From: Candidatus Brocadia sp.
GTDB lineage: Bacteria; Planctomycetota; Brocadiia; Brocadiales; Brocadiaceae
Direction of reading: 5' to 3'
NCBI GenBank assembly: GCA_021650915.1
Contig: CP091279.1
Coordinates: 2,790,001-2,822,000 of the forward strand
Length of the DNA stretch: 32,000 bases
Shown here: positions 17,289 to 28,030 of the stretch, piece by piece
How the letters are laid out: the number at the start of each line of letters is the position of its first letter
How positions within the stretch are numbered: the first letter of the stretch is position 1
Notes under the pieces: model-generated
Told to the model about the DNA's origin: nothing
Seen by the model: only the letters and a program-made list of their open reading frames with translations
Databases searched by the model: none
Translations under genes and position numbers: made by a program

Positions 17289-18404
<1,116 letters not shown>

Positions 18405-18413
18405 TCAGAGGTA

Positions 18414-19601
18414 TTAATATACCCGAACTAATTCTATCTTTGGATAGTAATGTTTTAAAATAGCAGCCCAGGGAAAACCTTTTTGCGCCATAGCTTGAGC
18501 TCCATATTGGCATAACCCTACGCCGTGTCCCCACCCCTTGCCCGAAAAGGTAATGCTTTTCTCGTTGCTCTTTGTCTGAAAGGAGGTGCTTAACAAATTG
18601 TTCGGACCAATCAGCAATCGAAAATCATTTGCGTTCATCTCTTTCGTTCCGCTAGCAGAAGCAATTTCAACTCTTGAGCCATGGTCGCCGGCTCCTGGAT
18701 CCACCGTTTTTACAGCACGTATGCTGGAAATGGATACCTTGGCCTCCTGCAATTTTTTTTCAATGGTTGATTTGCTGATATCCTTACTCCAGGAGGAATG
18801 TTTGGAGTTGTTACAATAATTACATACCACCCCGCTAAGGGGTGGTATACTGTCTTTCCCAAATACATGGTGAACGTCTTCCGTATGTCCTCCGCACGTG
18901 CTGTGGAAATAAGCAGGAAAAATATTCCAATTATAAACCATCACGATTCCTTTGGTGTCCTGCACGATTTTCGTTAGCCGACTTGTTTCATTTGCCACGC
19001 CCCGATAGGCGAGATCTAACATATCCAGATGGTAAATATTATCCCGATTTACCTTTTTTTTATACATCGCATAGGTTCTTGCCGTTACCGCCTGGGCACG
19101 CAAGGCTTCGTCATTCCACGCTTGTGGCATTTCGCTTCCAAGGACGCCGGCAATAAAACTTTCCAGGTCTATCTCTTCAATCACGGAGAATTTATTATTA
19201 GGTTGCTGTAAAATCCTTATTTCACCGCGATATCGTACGTTATTTAATTCAATTCTCCCATCCTGTTGGGTTACAATCCTTAATTCGCTATGGTTATAAT
19301 GTTTATTCCCGATGCGGATGCCGCCATTGCTTATTGAAATGGTGCCCTTTGGCAACCCTTGTCCCTGCTCTATAACGTCCGTTAAGCTGCCGGTAATCTG
19401 ATAGCATCCATGAATTGCCACCTGTGCCTCCCGCTTGTCGTTTATGAGAAGCACACGTACGACAGGTATTGTATCCATAAGAGGTCCGTAATCATGGACT
19501 CCGTCCTGAACCACGGTGCTTTCTCTATGGCACGAAAGAGGAATTCCTGCAGCAATGATTGGCAATACCGAAATAAACATTAAAAAAAAAGCTCTGCCCA
19601 T
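18414..19601 (-). CDS. SpoIID/LytB domain-containing protein (peptidoglycan lytic transglycosylase family)
   Basis: 395 aa with a signal/anchor N-terminus. Contains the SpoIID motifs EALRAQAVTARTYAMYK, FHSTCGGHTED and GHGVGLCQYGA. Confidence 0.85.
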   Translation of the reverse strand: MGRAFFLMFISVLPIIAAGIPLSCHRESTVVQDGVHDYGPLMDTIPVVRVLLINDKREAQVAIHGCYQITGSLTDVIEQGQGLPKGTISISNGGIRIGNKHYNHSELRIVTQQDGRIELNNVRYRGEIRILQQPNNKFSVIEEIDLESFIAGVLGSEMPQAWNDEALRAQAVTARTYAMYKKKVNRDNIYHLDMLDLAYRGVANETSRLTKIVQDTKGIVMVYNWNIFPAYFHSTCGGHTEDVHHVFGKDSIPPLSGVVCNYCNNSKHSSWSKDISKSTIEKKLQEAKVSISSIRAVKTVDPGAGDHGSRVEIASASGTKEMNANDFRLLIGPNNLLSTSFQTKSNEKSITFSGKGWGHGVGLCQYGAQAMAQKGFPWAAILKHYYPKIELVRVY

Positions 19602-19681
19602 ATCATTTCTCTTTGATTATAAAAGACAAACGTACTTTTGTTTATGTTAGCACTGCGGCCCTCCCCTCTCCAGGGCACAAA

Positions 19682-20365
19682 TCAACATGCAGTATCTGAC
19701 GGAGAAGCAGGAAAAGAAGCGCCCTTTCCTCTATCAAAACAATCACACCGTTGTAACGCCCTTTTGCTGTCGAAGACATATCGGGAGTTCTTTTTCCCCT
19801 GTTCATTCAGATTGCCGCCTTTATACAATTCCCGAGTGGTGTCTTGGTATCGTTCGAATTCGCTGAAGATACAACCGCAATATCCCTGCCGGTAAATCAT
19901 CTTTTTTTTGGCTATTTCGTGACTACAATCGGACAAATAACGGTAATCCCGGTAGACAAAAGCAACGCCTGCTTCATGCGCCAACTTTTCGGAAAACCCT
20001 TTCAACTGTTCGTGATTTTGATACACACTGAATAACATGGTTGAAGTAAAGGCGTCAAATCCGTTTTTTTTCGCGTATGCCGCTGTGAACCTTAGTCGCA
20101 TCATATAGCAATCAGCGCACCGGTCATTGCCCTCATAATCAACATGCTTCAGATATTCCCGCAGACCATACTCCTCATAGTAGACTACGGGGATAGGATC
20201 GCTCTCCTGAAATACGCGCAGCGCCTTTAACCGACGCCGAAACTCAAGCAATGGATGTATATTTGGATTATAAAAGAGCCCTGTTACCGAGAAGCCTTCT
20301 TTTCTCAGTTCCTGTAATGGTGCGCATAAACAGCAGGCGCAACAAATATGGAGCAAAAGATTCAT
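19682..20365 (-). CDS. queH: epoxyqueuosine reductase QueH (DUF208)
   Basis: 227 aa with LLHICCACCLCAP..., FYNPNIHP and the C-terminal GYCGCIFSE motif typical of QueH. A tail of ~45 aa follows the last conserved motif. Confidence 0.8.
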   Translation of the reverse strand: MNLLLHICCACCLCAPLQELRKEGFSVTGLFYNPNIHPLLEFRRRLKALRVFQESDPIPVVYYEEYGLREYLKHVDYEGNDRCADCYMMRLRFTAAYAKKNGFDAFTSTMLFSVYQNHEQLKGFSEKLAHEAGVAFVYRDYRYLSDCSHEIAKKKMIYRQGYCGCIFSEFERYQDTTRELYKGGNLNEQGKKNSRYVFDSKRALQRCDCFDRGKGASFPASPSDTAC

Positions 20366-20377
20366 AAGACGGGACCT

Positions 20378-21400
20378 TTAAAATAATCTTTTCTGGATCC
20401 CCGTTTCTGAACGATATTGAAAACCTAAGTGTTCATAAGCCAGTTTGGTGGCGACCCTTCCCCGCGGTGTTTTATCCAGATATCCTCTTTGAATCAGATA
20501 TGATTCATACACTTCCTCAATGGTATCTTCTTCCTCGCTTACTGAAACTGCAATAGTTTTTAAACCGACGGGACCACCATGCCGAATAAGGGTTTCCAAT
20601 ATCTTCCTGTCCATTTCTCCCAGACCATTTTCATCCACACCTAACATCTGCAAGCCCATTCGGGCGATATCTTCATTAATGATATCGTTCCCACGAACCT
20701 GCGCAACATCCCGGATACGGCGCAAAAACCGGTTTGCTATCCGGGGAGTGCCGCGGGACCTTTTCGCAATAATCTCAGCCCCTTTTTCGTCTGTGTGGAT
20801 AGAAAGAATTTGGGCAGAATTGCACACCACTTTATACAGATCGGTCCACGGATAGAACTCCAGTTTTTCCAGGACACCAAAGCGGGAACGGAGCGGCGCC
20901 GTGAGCAATCCTTCCCGGGTCGTAGAACCGACAAGCGTAAACTTGGGCAAATTGATTTTTACCGATCGCGCCTTAGGTCCCTGATCAATAAGGATGTCAA
21001 TATAAAAATCTTCCATTGCCGAGTACAGGTACTCTTCAACGGTGGTGTTTAACCTATGGATTTCATCAATAAAAAGAATATCCCCGGGTTGTAGATTCGT
21101 AAGAATACCGGCAAGGTCCATGGGCTTATCAAGAATGGGGCCGGAAGTTGTCTTGATCGAGGCGTTAATCTCGTTGGCGATAATTTGAGACAACGTAGTC
21201 TTCCCCAAGCCAGGGGGGCCGGAAAACAATATGTGATCTAATGGCTCCGCTCTCTTCTTTGCGGCCTCAATGTAAATGAGCAAATTTTCCTTTATGCGAT
21301 CCTGTCCAATAAAATCACGGAACCGCTTTGGCCTGAGCGTACAGTCCAGATTTTTATCTTCATCCATCGGTGCGGAAGATAAAATATCTTCTTGTATCAT
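20378..21400 (-). CDS. ruvB: Holliday junction branch migration DNA helicase RuvB
   Basis: 340 aa. LRPKRFRDFIGQ, Walker A GPPGLGKTT, Walker B ILFIDEIHRL, and RuvB-like sequence throughout. Confidence 0.95.
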   Translation of the reverse strand: MIQEDILSSAPMDEDKNLDCTLRPKRFRDFIGQDRIKENLLIYIEAAKKRAEPLDHILFSGPPGLGKTTLSQIIANEINASIKTTSGPILDKPMDLAGILTNLQPGDILFIDEIHRLNTTVEEYLYSAMEDFYIDILIDQGPKARSVKINLPKFTLVGSTTREGLLTAPLRSRFGVLEKLEFYPWTDLYKVVCNSAQILSIHTDEKGAEIIAKRSRGTPRIANRFLRRIRDVAQVRGNDIINEDIARMGLQMLGVDENGLGEMDRKILETLIRHGGPVGLKTIAVSVSEEEDTIEEVYESYLIQRGYLDKTPRGRVATKLAYEHLGFQYRSETGIQKRLF

Positions 21401-21556
21401 AACTTAACCCGAACGAGTCTGAAGAGCGTCAAAAGCCGGACAGTGTTAAAATCCTTTTCAAATCCTTAGATAAAATGAAATGCGCGGATCTACAAAAAAT
21501 ACTTTTACTGAAAATACCCAGCTCCATCGTGAGATTTTTGTCATACATGGGGACAA

Positions 21557-22147
21557 TCAGGCTTTGTATTTAAGCGCTTCTCTTACCAGAATCTCAACAT
21601 TATCAACAGTTCCCAATTTTCTTATTGCTTCGCTTACAGCATTTTCTGCCACGGGTCTCCCATAACCTAAAGAAACCAGGGCCATAACAGCATCACCTAC
21701 CAGCGCCTTTTGCCCGGCGCCTATGTCTGAAGGTATCGTGGGCGTAATGTCCTTAATTATTCCCTTGAGTTCAAGGATGATCCGTTCAGCCGTTTTCTTG
21801 CCCACCCCTTTAATTCTTTCCAATGCCCTCGCATCTTCACGGGCAACGGCATCTTTGATGTCGTCTACACAACTGCCGGAAAGTATCGTTATCGCTGTAG
21901 TAGGTCCTATGCCATTTACCGAAAGCAGCAATTGAAATAAATTTCTTTCCTCGCCTGTTGCAAACCCAAAGATTCTGATCTGGTCATCTTTGATAAACAA
22001 CTGGGTAAAAATGGTAACCTCATCGTGACTGGGTATCTTCTCGAAGGTAGATAATGGGATGTGTAATTGATAACCGATGCCAGCTACTTCCAAGATAAGC
22101 CTCGTGGGAGATTTACTAACCACTCGTCCGCGGATGTAATCTAACAT
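21557..22147 (-). CDS. ruvA: Holliday junction branch migration complex subunit RuvA
   Basis: The OB-fold N-terminus MLDYIRGRVV... and HhH motifs (VNGIGPTTA, IKGVGKKTAERI) support RuvA. I chose the ATG at 22147 because it gives the canonical RuvA N-terminus; the ORF-track start at 22153 is a GTG two codons upstream. Confidence 0.9.
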   Translation of the reverse strand: MLDYIRGRVVSKSPTRLILEVAGIGYQLHIPLSTFEKIPSHDEVTIFTQLFIKDDQIRIFGFATGEERNLFQLLLSVNGIGPTTAITILSGSCVDDIKDAVAREDARALERIKGVGKKTAERIILELKGIIKDITPTIPSDIGAGQKALVGDAVMALVSLGYGRPVAENAVSEAIRKLGTVDNVEILVREALKYKA

Positions 22148-22201
22148 GTACACACATCCCCAGCATCACAATCATGCCATCCGAAATATTCTCTGAAGAG
22201 A

Positions 22202-23569
22202 CTACTCTGTGATACTTTCGTCCGCACTGGAAGTATCATTGCCAGCGGTTTTTAGAATCAGGCCAATCTCTGACAACTTGTCGCGTATCTCATCAATATA
22301 ATTTGGTTTTATCCCCAGTTGGTCTAATTCTAATTCAGTCTTTTCTGTAAGGTCTTTGATAGCTTCAACACCAGCCTTGCTCAATGCATTCCTGCAACGG
22401 GTAGAGAACCCAAGTTCGTCGACTGTTTTAACGGTCTCATTCTTTTTTTCTGCATTTTTATTCCGAAATATTTCGGTTTCATGATCACTTTCCAATGCCT
22501 GCCCCAAATGTAATCCCTTTTGTGACAAAATTGCCTTAATTTCGTTGAGCGAGGTTTCTCCAAAGTTCTTAAAAGAGAGGAGATCGATTTCCGTAATTCG
22601 CGTAAGGTCCCGCAATGTGCGAATGTTCATTTTTTCCAGGCAGTTTTTGCTTCTTACCGAGAGTTCAAAATCGGAAATGGGTATGTTCAGCACCTCGCTT
22701 TCCTTCCCCTGTTTTTTTGAAATCTCCTCGTCATAATACATATTCATAGAGGCCTTTGCGTCCTTCAAAAACAACAATGCCCGGGGATCGTTTGGTTCGG
22801 CATCTAAAACAGTTTCAAAACAATATATCGCATCATCAAAGTTGCCTTTATCTTCGTACAATATGCCCAGATTAATAAAAGCATTTTTATGGTGTGGGTA
22901 TAAATCGATGCATTGTTCGTAGCATTCAATGGCCTTTTCGTCTTCGCCATTGAGATCGTAATTAAATCCCATGCGGAAGAGAGATTTTTGATGGTTTGGG
23001 TCTATTCGGAGCGATTGTTCATAATGATTAAACGCATCGTCGTATTCTCCAAGGGCATCCAGACAATGTCCCAACTGATAATGGAATTCCGGATTATTCC
23101 CATGCGATTGGGAAAAACTTTTGATGAGCTTTAATGCATCTTCGTTCTTGCCAGCCAGTCTTTTGGTTTCGGCTATATCCATACAAATATCAAATTCTTC
23201 AGTATCAGTTTTTTTTGCCCGTTCAAAGCATTCCACTGCCTGATTATAATCGCCTAATTCCTGGTAGCATTTACCCAAATAATAAGCGCCAATTTTCCTC
23301 GTTTTGACCTCCTTCAGGAATTCGGAAGCCTCTTTTATATTTCCTATAACCCATGTTAATATCCCTAACAATAGGGTTATGTCCTTCCCCTCCTGCCCTT
23401 CGTGTCCCTTTTTTATGCTGCCCCTGAGCGCGGCAATTTTCTCATCCAGCTCTTCTCTCAGTTCCGGGGAGCTATATACCTGTTCCTTGATATGTGTGAC
23501 GGTTTCTCTTGATAATGTTTCTGCTTCTAGCAGCTTATCAAGATCTACATCAGCAATCGCTGTAGGCAT
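22202..23569 (-). CDS. TPR-repeat protein with two C-terminal RNA polymerase alpha-subunit CTD-like (HhH) domains
   Basis: 455 aa. There are several TPR units (e.g. YYLGKCYQELGDYNQAVECFERA; INLGILYEDKGNFDDAIYCFETVLDAEPND). They are followed by ISDFELSVRSKNCLEKMNIRTLRDLTRITEIDLLSFKNFGETSLNEIKAILSQKGL and VDELGFSTRCRNALSKAGVEAIKDLTEKTELELDQLG, both resembling the RpoA alpha-CTD. GGAGG RBS upstream. Confidence 0.8.
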   Translation of the reverse strand: MPTAIADVDLDKLLEAETLSRETVTHIKEQVYSSPELREELDEKIAALRGSIKKGHEGQEGKDITLLLGILTWVIGNIKEASEFLKEVKTRKIGAYYLGKCYQELGDYNQAVECFERAKKTDTEEFDICMDIAETKRLAGKNEDALKLIKSFSQSHGNNPEFHYQLGHCLDALGEYDDAFNHYEQSLRIDPNHQKSLFRMGFNYDLNGEDEKAIECYEQCIDLYPHHKNAFINLGILYEDKGNFDDAIYCFETVLDAEPNDPRALLFLKDAKASMNMYYDEEISKKQGKESEVLNIPISDFELSVRSKNCLEKMNIRTLRDLTRITEIDLLSFKNFGETSLNEIKAILSQKGLHLGQALESDHETEIFRNKNAEKKNETVKTVDELGFSTRCRNALSKAGVEAIKDLTEKTELELDQLGIKPNYIDEIRDKLSEIGLILKTAGNDTSSADESITE

Positions 23570-23776
23570 TTTATTCTTAAACCTCCATCATTGCATAAAA
23601 ATATACTCTGTTAAACAAACGGTATCTTGGATGTTGGAGTGTAACAAACCCACAGCAGAAATTCAAATAAATTTTATTACACCATTTCGTGATAATCCTA
23701 TTGTTTCTCTAGCTTTAATAAGGATTGCCTGTCCCCGTTTGCTATGGCTTGGTTGTTTTACCATTCGTTTCTCGTG

Positions 23777-23822
23777 ACAACAAAAAGGCTGCAATGGTTA
23801 GACCTTGCAGCCTTTTTGTTGT
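23777..23822. terminator. perfect 18-bp inverted repeat, probable bidirectional rho-independent terminator
   Basis: ACAACAAAAAGGCTGCAA-tggttagacc-TTGCAGCCTTTTTGTTGT. The GGCTGCAA/TTGCAGCC core has an A-run on one side and a T-run on the other. It lies ~230 nt downstream of the D-aminoacylase gene, inside a 485-bp intergenic gap. Confidence 0.6.
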
Positions 23823-24054
23823 TTAAATTTTACCTACGGTGGATGTTCTTGGGATGGCAATAGGAACGGTAAAATGTATAATGGCGAAAAGAGGGATTGG
23901 TTGTATTCCTCCACCATCTTTAAGCAGAAATATCATCAACGAGGTGGCGTATTCTATACAGCTATTTTTCGGAAATGGGCTTGACTCTTATAAAAGAAAG
24001 GGGATGCAAGAAGGCTTGGTCATATAATTGTTTAGTTGTGCTGTTTATCAATAG

Positions 24055-25641
24055 CTATTTGCATCTTCGTAGTATCCGGCCATGCATTGCGCCATTATGT
24101 GCACCTGAGGCAATCGTTACCTTTCCATTTACGATCACATACTCTATTCCTTCCGAATATTGATGCGGTTCGGCAAAGGTGCTTTTGTCGGTAACCTTTC
24201 CGGGGTTGAGAATGGTTATGTCTGCAAAATATCCTTCCTTTAACAAACCTCTCCTGTCCAGTCCGACTTTTTGTGCGGGGAACCCCGTCATTTTCTGGAT
24301 GGCCTTCTCTTCGGACATGAGTGGTCTTTCACGACAAAATTTTCTTAAAACACGGGAAAAGGTTCCATAGCTTCGTGGATGTGGCTTGCCTTCATGCAGG
24401 ATTCCCTGATTGGCACGCATAGAGCTATCAGAACCGACAAAGACAAAATCCCACCCCAGGATGCTCTCCAGGTTTTCTTGGCACATACTGAACAAAAAAA
24501 TATCCACCCTCGTGTCTTCTTCAATAAGTAAATCAAAAATAGCTTCCAGGGGAGATTTGTTGAGGAGCATGGCAATTTCTGAGATTCTTTTTCCTTCCAT
24601 CCATTTGTTTTTGTCATGACAGACGGACGAAATCACGATCCCATTCCAGGAGGCATCATCGTATGTCTGTGACACTTCCTTTGTAATGAGCCTTCTCGTA
24701 TTCGCATCTTTCAGCCGTTGTATTTGCTTTTCTGTGCCACCTTCATATGTCCAATGCGGCAAGATGACATCAAGGTCGGTAGCAGCGGCAAGGTATGGAT
24801 ATCGGTCGCAGGTGAGGTCGACTCCTTCGTCCCGGGCATCTTCGATAATCTTTTTTATATCGTTGATTTTATGCCAATTTTTATTTCCCGATGTCTTAAG
24901 GTGTGACACTTGCAATCTGACTCCGGACTGTTTTGATATCTCTATCGCCTCGGCAAGGGCTTTTTCAATAGTGTCTCCCTCATTCCGTATATGGGTTGCA
25001 TAAAAACCGCTGTGTTTTTTAACCGCTTTGCACAACTCAATAAGTTCACTATGGTTTGCATAACAACCAGGCGGGTAAATGAGACCGCTGGACATACCAA
25101 ACGCCCCTGCCTCCATGGCCTCTTCCAGATCCCGTTCCATGTGGATTAATTCATGTGGTTCTGGCTCCCTGTTCTCATAGTCAAGTGTACATGCCCTGAC
25201 ATTTCCATGGCCAACGAGAAACGCCCTGTTGACAGAGCTCTTCACTTTTTCCACGGTGTCATAAAACTCTGCCGCCGTTTGCCACAGGGGAGCGATGCCA
25301 TATTTGGCTAATCCCTGAGTTCGCCTTTCCAATATCCTTCCCCGCAGGGGAAAGGCAGACATGCCACAATTTCCGCATATTTCCGTCGTCACGCCGTCAA
25401 GGATCTTGCTGTCGCTTTCGGGACGCGCAAGCCACAAGAAGTCGCTGTGAGAATGGATGTCAATAAATCCTGGCGCAACAATCATTTCCTGTGCATCTAT
25501 AATAGCCATCGCCTTCTGCTGGGGAATGAGTCGGTCCATACAGACGATCTTATCGTCTCTGATGGCAATGTCGATCCTGCGCCTGTGCATACCCGTGCCA
25601 TCGATGACGGCACCATTTTTTATGATCAAATCAAAATCCAT
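24055..25641 (-). CDS. N-acyl-D-amino-acid deacylase (D-aminoacylase), amidohydrolase superfamily
   Basis: 528 aa. N-terminus DLIIKNGAVIDGTG...APGFIDIHSHSD (metal-binding HxH) and D-aminoacylase-like sequence along its length. Confidence 0.85.
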   Translation of the reverse strand: MDFDLIIKNGAVIDGTGMHRRRIDIAIRDDKIVCMDRLIPQQKAMAIIDAQEMIVAPGFIDIHSHSDFLWLARPESDSKILDGVTTEICGNCGMSAFPLRGRILERRTQGLAKYGIAPLWQTAAEFYDTVEKVKSSVNRAFLVGHGNVRACTLDYENREPEPHELIHMERDLEEAMEAGAFGMSSGLIYPPGCYANHSELIELCKAVKKHSGFYATHIRNEGDTIEKALAEAIEISKQSGVRLQVSHLKTSGNKNWHKINDIKKIIEDARDEGVDLTCDRYPYLAAATDLDVILPHWTYEGGTEKQIQRLKDANTRRLITKEVSQTYDDASWNGIVISSVCHDKNKWMEGKRISEIAMLLNKSPLEAIFDLLIEEDTRVDIFLFSMCQENLESILGWDFVFVGSDSSMRANQGILHEGKPHPRSYGTFSRVLRKFCRERPLMSEEKAIQKMTGFPAQKVGLDRRGLLKEGYFADITILNPGKVTDKSTFAEPHQYSEGIEYVIVNGKVTIASGAHNGAMHGRILRRCK

Positions 25642-25714
25642 AGACGATCTGCCCTGATAAGAAACAAAGGGTATTTTGATAGCAGTTTAAAATTGAATGT
25701 TGCACTTCGGAAGG

Positions 25715-25921
25715 TTATTTTTCTTCAGTGAGGATAGAAGGCTCATCCAGCCCCAATATATGATCGGTGTCCCTGTGCGCGGAGTCGAGGTCCTTTTTTA
25801 TGGTATCCAGGTGTCTCTTATTATGGTATTTGTCTGTGGAAGAGCAGCTTGCTAAAAACCCAAACAATGATACGCTTGCCATGAGAAGGATGCTTTGTAT
25901 AAAGGTTTTGTGTTTTTTCAC
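25715..25921 (-). CDS. small putative lipoprotein
   Basis: 68 aa with a signal peptide and lipobox (LFGFLASC). The GTG start directly abuts the rpoN stop (TAG-GTG). No recognisable family. Confidence 0.45.
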   Translation of the reverse strand: MKKHKTFIQSILLMASVSLFGFLASCSSTDKYHNKRHLDTIKKDLDSAHRDTDHILGLDEPSILTEEK

Positions 25922-27361
25922 CTAATACTCCTTTCTCTGTCTTGATGACGGTATTTTCATGATACGCCGGTATTTTGTAACGGTTCTCCGAGCAATGGCT
26001 ATGCCAGAAGCATGCAATTTTTCGGCAACTTCTTCGTCGCTCAGCGGATTTGCCTTATTTTCTTTTGCAACAATCTCGGCAAGTTTCTGTCGTATAGCCT
26101 CCCATGATTCCATAGACCCATCTACGTTTTGAAATCCCCCGGTAAAGAAAAACTTTATTTCGAATATACCCTGGGGGGTTTGGATATATTTATGTGCAAT
26201 AGCGCGGCTTACCGTTGAGACATGTACTTTGACAACGTCCGCAACATCCTGCATCTTAAGAGTCCGTAACCGGTGGATTCCCTCGTCAAGAAAATCCTTT
26301 TGTAATTCCACGATTTTACAAGCCACCTTATACAGCGTGCTGCGTCTTTGTTCGATAGCATCAATGAGCCATTTTGCCGATTCAATTTTCTTTTGAATAT
26401 ACTGACGCGTTGATGTGTCGGTGCCAGACTCATTAAGAAATTTCTTGTAAAAAGAGCTGATATGCAAATGAGGCAAATTCGTGTTGTCAATCAGAAATAC
26501 CTCGTATTTTCCGTCAATGTATTCTACTTTAACCTCGGGGACCACATACGGTATCGTTTCATCGCAAAAGAGTGATCCGGGCTTGGGATTTAACGTTCGG
26601 ATAAAATCCACCTGCCTCTTTATTACGTCGAGGCTATAGCCGGTTTTCTTTGCGATCACCGGGTATTTCTTCATCTCAATGGATTCTAAATGATTCAGGA
26701 GCAGTTCCTTTGTCAGTTGATAGTTTGGATCCCGCTTGTCAAGTTGTAACATGAGGCATTCTTGCAGGTTTCTTGCCCCAACACCAGGGGGTTCCAATGC
26801 CTGCACCATCCTTAATGCCTCTTTGATATCTTCAAGGAGAAGGGGTTTTTCAAGAGACTGCAGGATTTCTTCGAGGGGGCTTGCTAAATATCCGGATTTG
26901 TCTATGGAATAAATGATGTTTTCGCATGCCTCGGTAAGATTGTTTGGGACATCGATTAATGACAACTGTCCCATGAGATAATCATGAAGCGACATGGGCT
27001 TTGCGGCCGTGTTCTCCAGCGCTTCTTGCTTCTGATCGCGTTCTTCAGATCCTGTGTTCCGTCGCACCGTTGTCTGTGAATAGAACTCACGCCAATCTTC
27101 GGTAAACTCACCCAGCTTATCAATTTCATCACCTTTTTCATCCTCCGTGGTTGTTTGAGCAGCATCAGCCGCTTCCTTAAGATTTTCATCCTTTTTTTCA
27201 TCGACCACCTCTTCAAGGACAGGGTTGTCTACCAGCTCTTGTTGTATGTGTTCAACAAGGGCCATTAACGGTAATTGGAGAATTTCTATTGATTGGATAA
27301 TTTGGGGAGACAACTTCAGTTTTTGCTGAAGCTGCGGCAATAAGGATGATTGCATTTTCAT
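25922..27361 (-). CDS. rpoN: RNA polymerase sigma-54 factor RpoN
   Basis: 479 aa. Region I (LSPQIIQSIEILQLPLMAL), an acidic region II, and the C-terminal HTH and RpoN box (ARRTVTKYR). Confidence 0.95.
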   Translation of the reverse strand: MKMQSSLLPQLQQKLKLSPQIIQSIEILQLPLMALVEHIQQELVDNPVLEEVVDEKKDENLKEAADAAQTTTEDEKGDEIDKLGEFTEDWREFYSQTTVRRNTGSEERDQKQEALENTAAKPMSLHDYLMGQLSLIDVPNNLTEACENIIYSIDKSGYLASPLEEILQSLEKPLLLEDIKEALRMVQALEPPGVGARNLQECLMLQLDKRDPNYQLTKELLLNHLESIEMKKYPVIAKKTGYSLDVIKRQVDFIRTLNPKPGSLFCDETIPYVVPEVKVEYIDGKYEVFLIDNTNLPHLHISSFYKKFLNESGTDTSTRQYIQKKIESAKWLIDAIEQRRSTLYKVACKIVELQKDFLDEGIHRLRTLKMQDVADVVKVHVSTVSRAIAHKYIQTPQGIFEIKFFFTGGFQNVDGSMESWEAIRQKLAEIVAKENKANPLSDEEVAEKLHASGIAIARRTVTKYRRIMKIPSSRQRKEY

Positions 27362-27389
27362 GAAACATCACCTTCCGTTAAAATTGACC

Positions 27390-27998
27390 TTAAACGCCTG
27401 CCATCTCATTTCTGCCATTGATGGCATCAGCGACAATCGCGGCATTCGCATACTCAAGATAACTTCCCGTTGGCAGTCCACGCGCAAGCCTTGTTATCTT
27501 TACCCCTAAGGGTGACAGATGTTTGTGGATATACAGCGCTGTCGCATCACCTTCCATATTTAAGTTGGTAGCCAGAAGCACTTCCTTAATATGATCGGCA
27601 TTCACTCGCTGTAAAAGTTTTTCAATGGTCAAAGACTCCGGATGAATGCCTTCTAAAGGAGAAATATGCCCCTGGAGCACATGATAGAGGCCACGATATT
27701 TCCCCGTCTTTTCTATCGTCAGAAAGTCTGCAAGTTGTTCGACCACACAAATTGTTGATCTGTCCCGTGAGAGATCGCTGCAAATATGGCACGGGTCGTT
27801 TTCTGAAACATTAAAACAGGTCGAGCAGGTCTTCACAAGTTTTTTTACATCACGGATGGCGTAAGCAAGCTGCATCGCCTCCTCTGTTGGCAGCTTTAAG
27901 ATATAGCCGGCAAGGCGTTCTGCGGTTTTCTGCCCTATGCCGGGCATCTTGCCAAATTCGCTGATAAGTTTTAGTACGGATGGTGGATATGCATTCAA
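27390..27998 (-). CDS. recR: recombination mediator RecR
   Basis: 202 aa. HhH (LPGIGQKTAERLA-like), a C4 zinc finger (CSTCFNVSENDPCHIC) and a Toprim domain. Confidence 0.95.
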   Translation of the reverse strand: MNAYPPSVLKLISEFGKMPGIGQKTAERLAGYILKLPTEEAMQLAYAIRDVKKLVKTCSTCFNVSENDPCHICSDLSRDRSTICVVEQLADFLTIEKTGKYRGLYHVLQGHISPLEGIHPESLTIEKLLQRVNADHIKEVLLATNLNMEGDATALYIHKHLSPLGVKITRLARGLPTGSYLEYANAAIVADAINGRNEMAGV

Positions 27999-28030
27999 AA
28001 TGAAAAACCTCTGAAAACAAATTTTATCAA

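Noticed and set aside
19682-19830. ~45-aa tail of QueH beyond the GYCGC motif
   Set aside because: It may be a genuine extension or simply a late stop. It contains no motif I recognise, and nothing can be tested from sequence alone.
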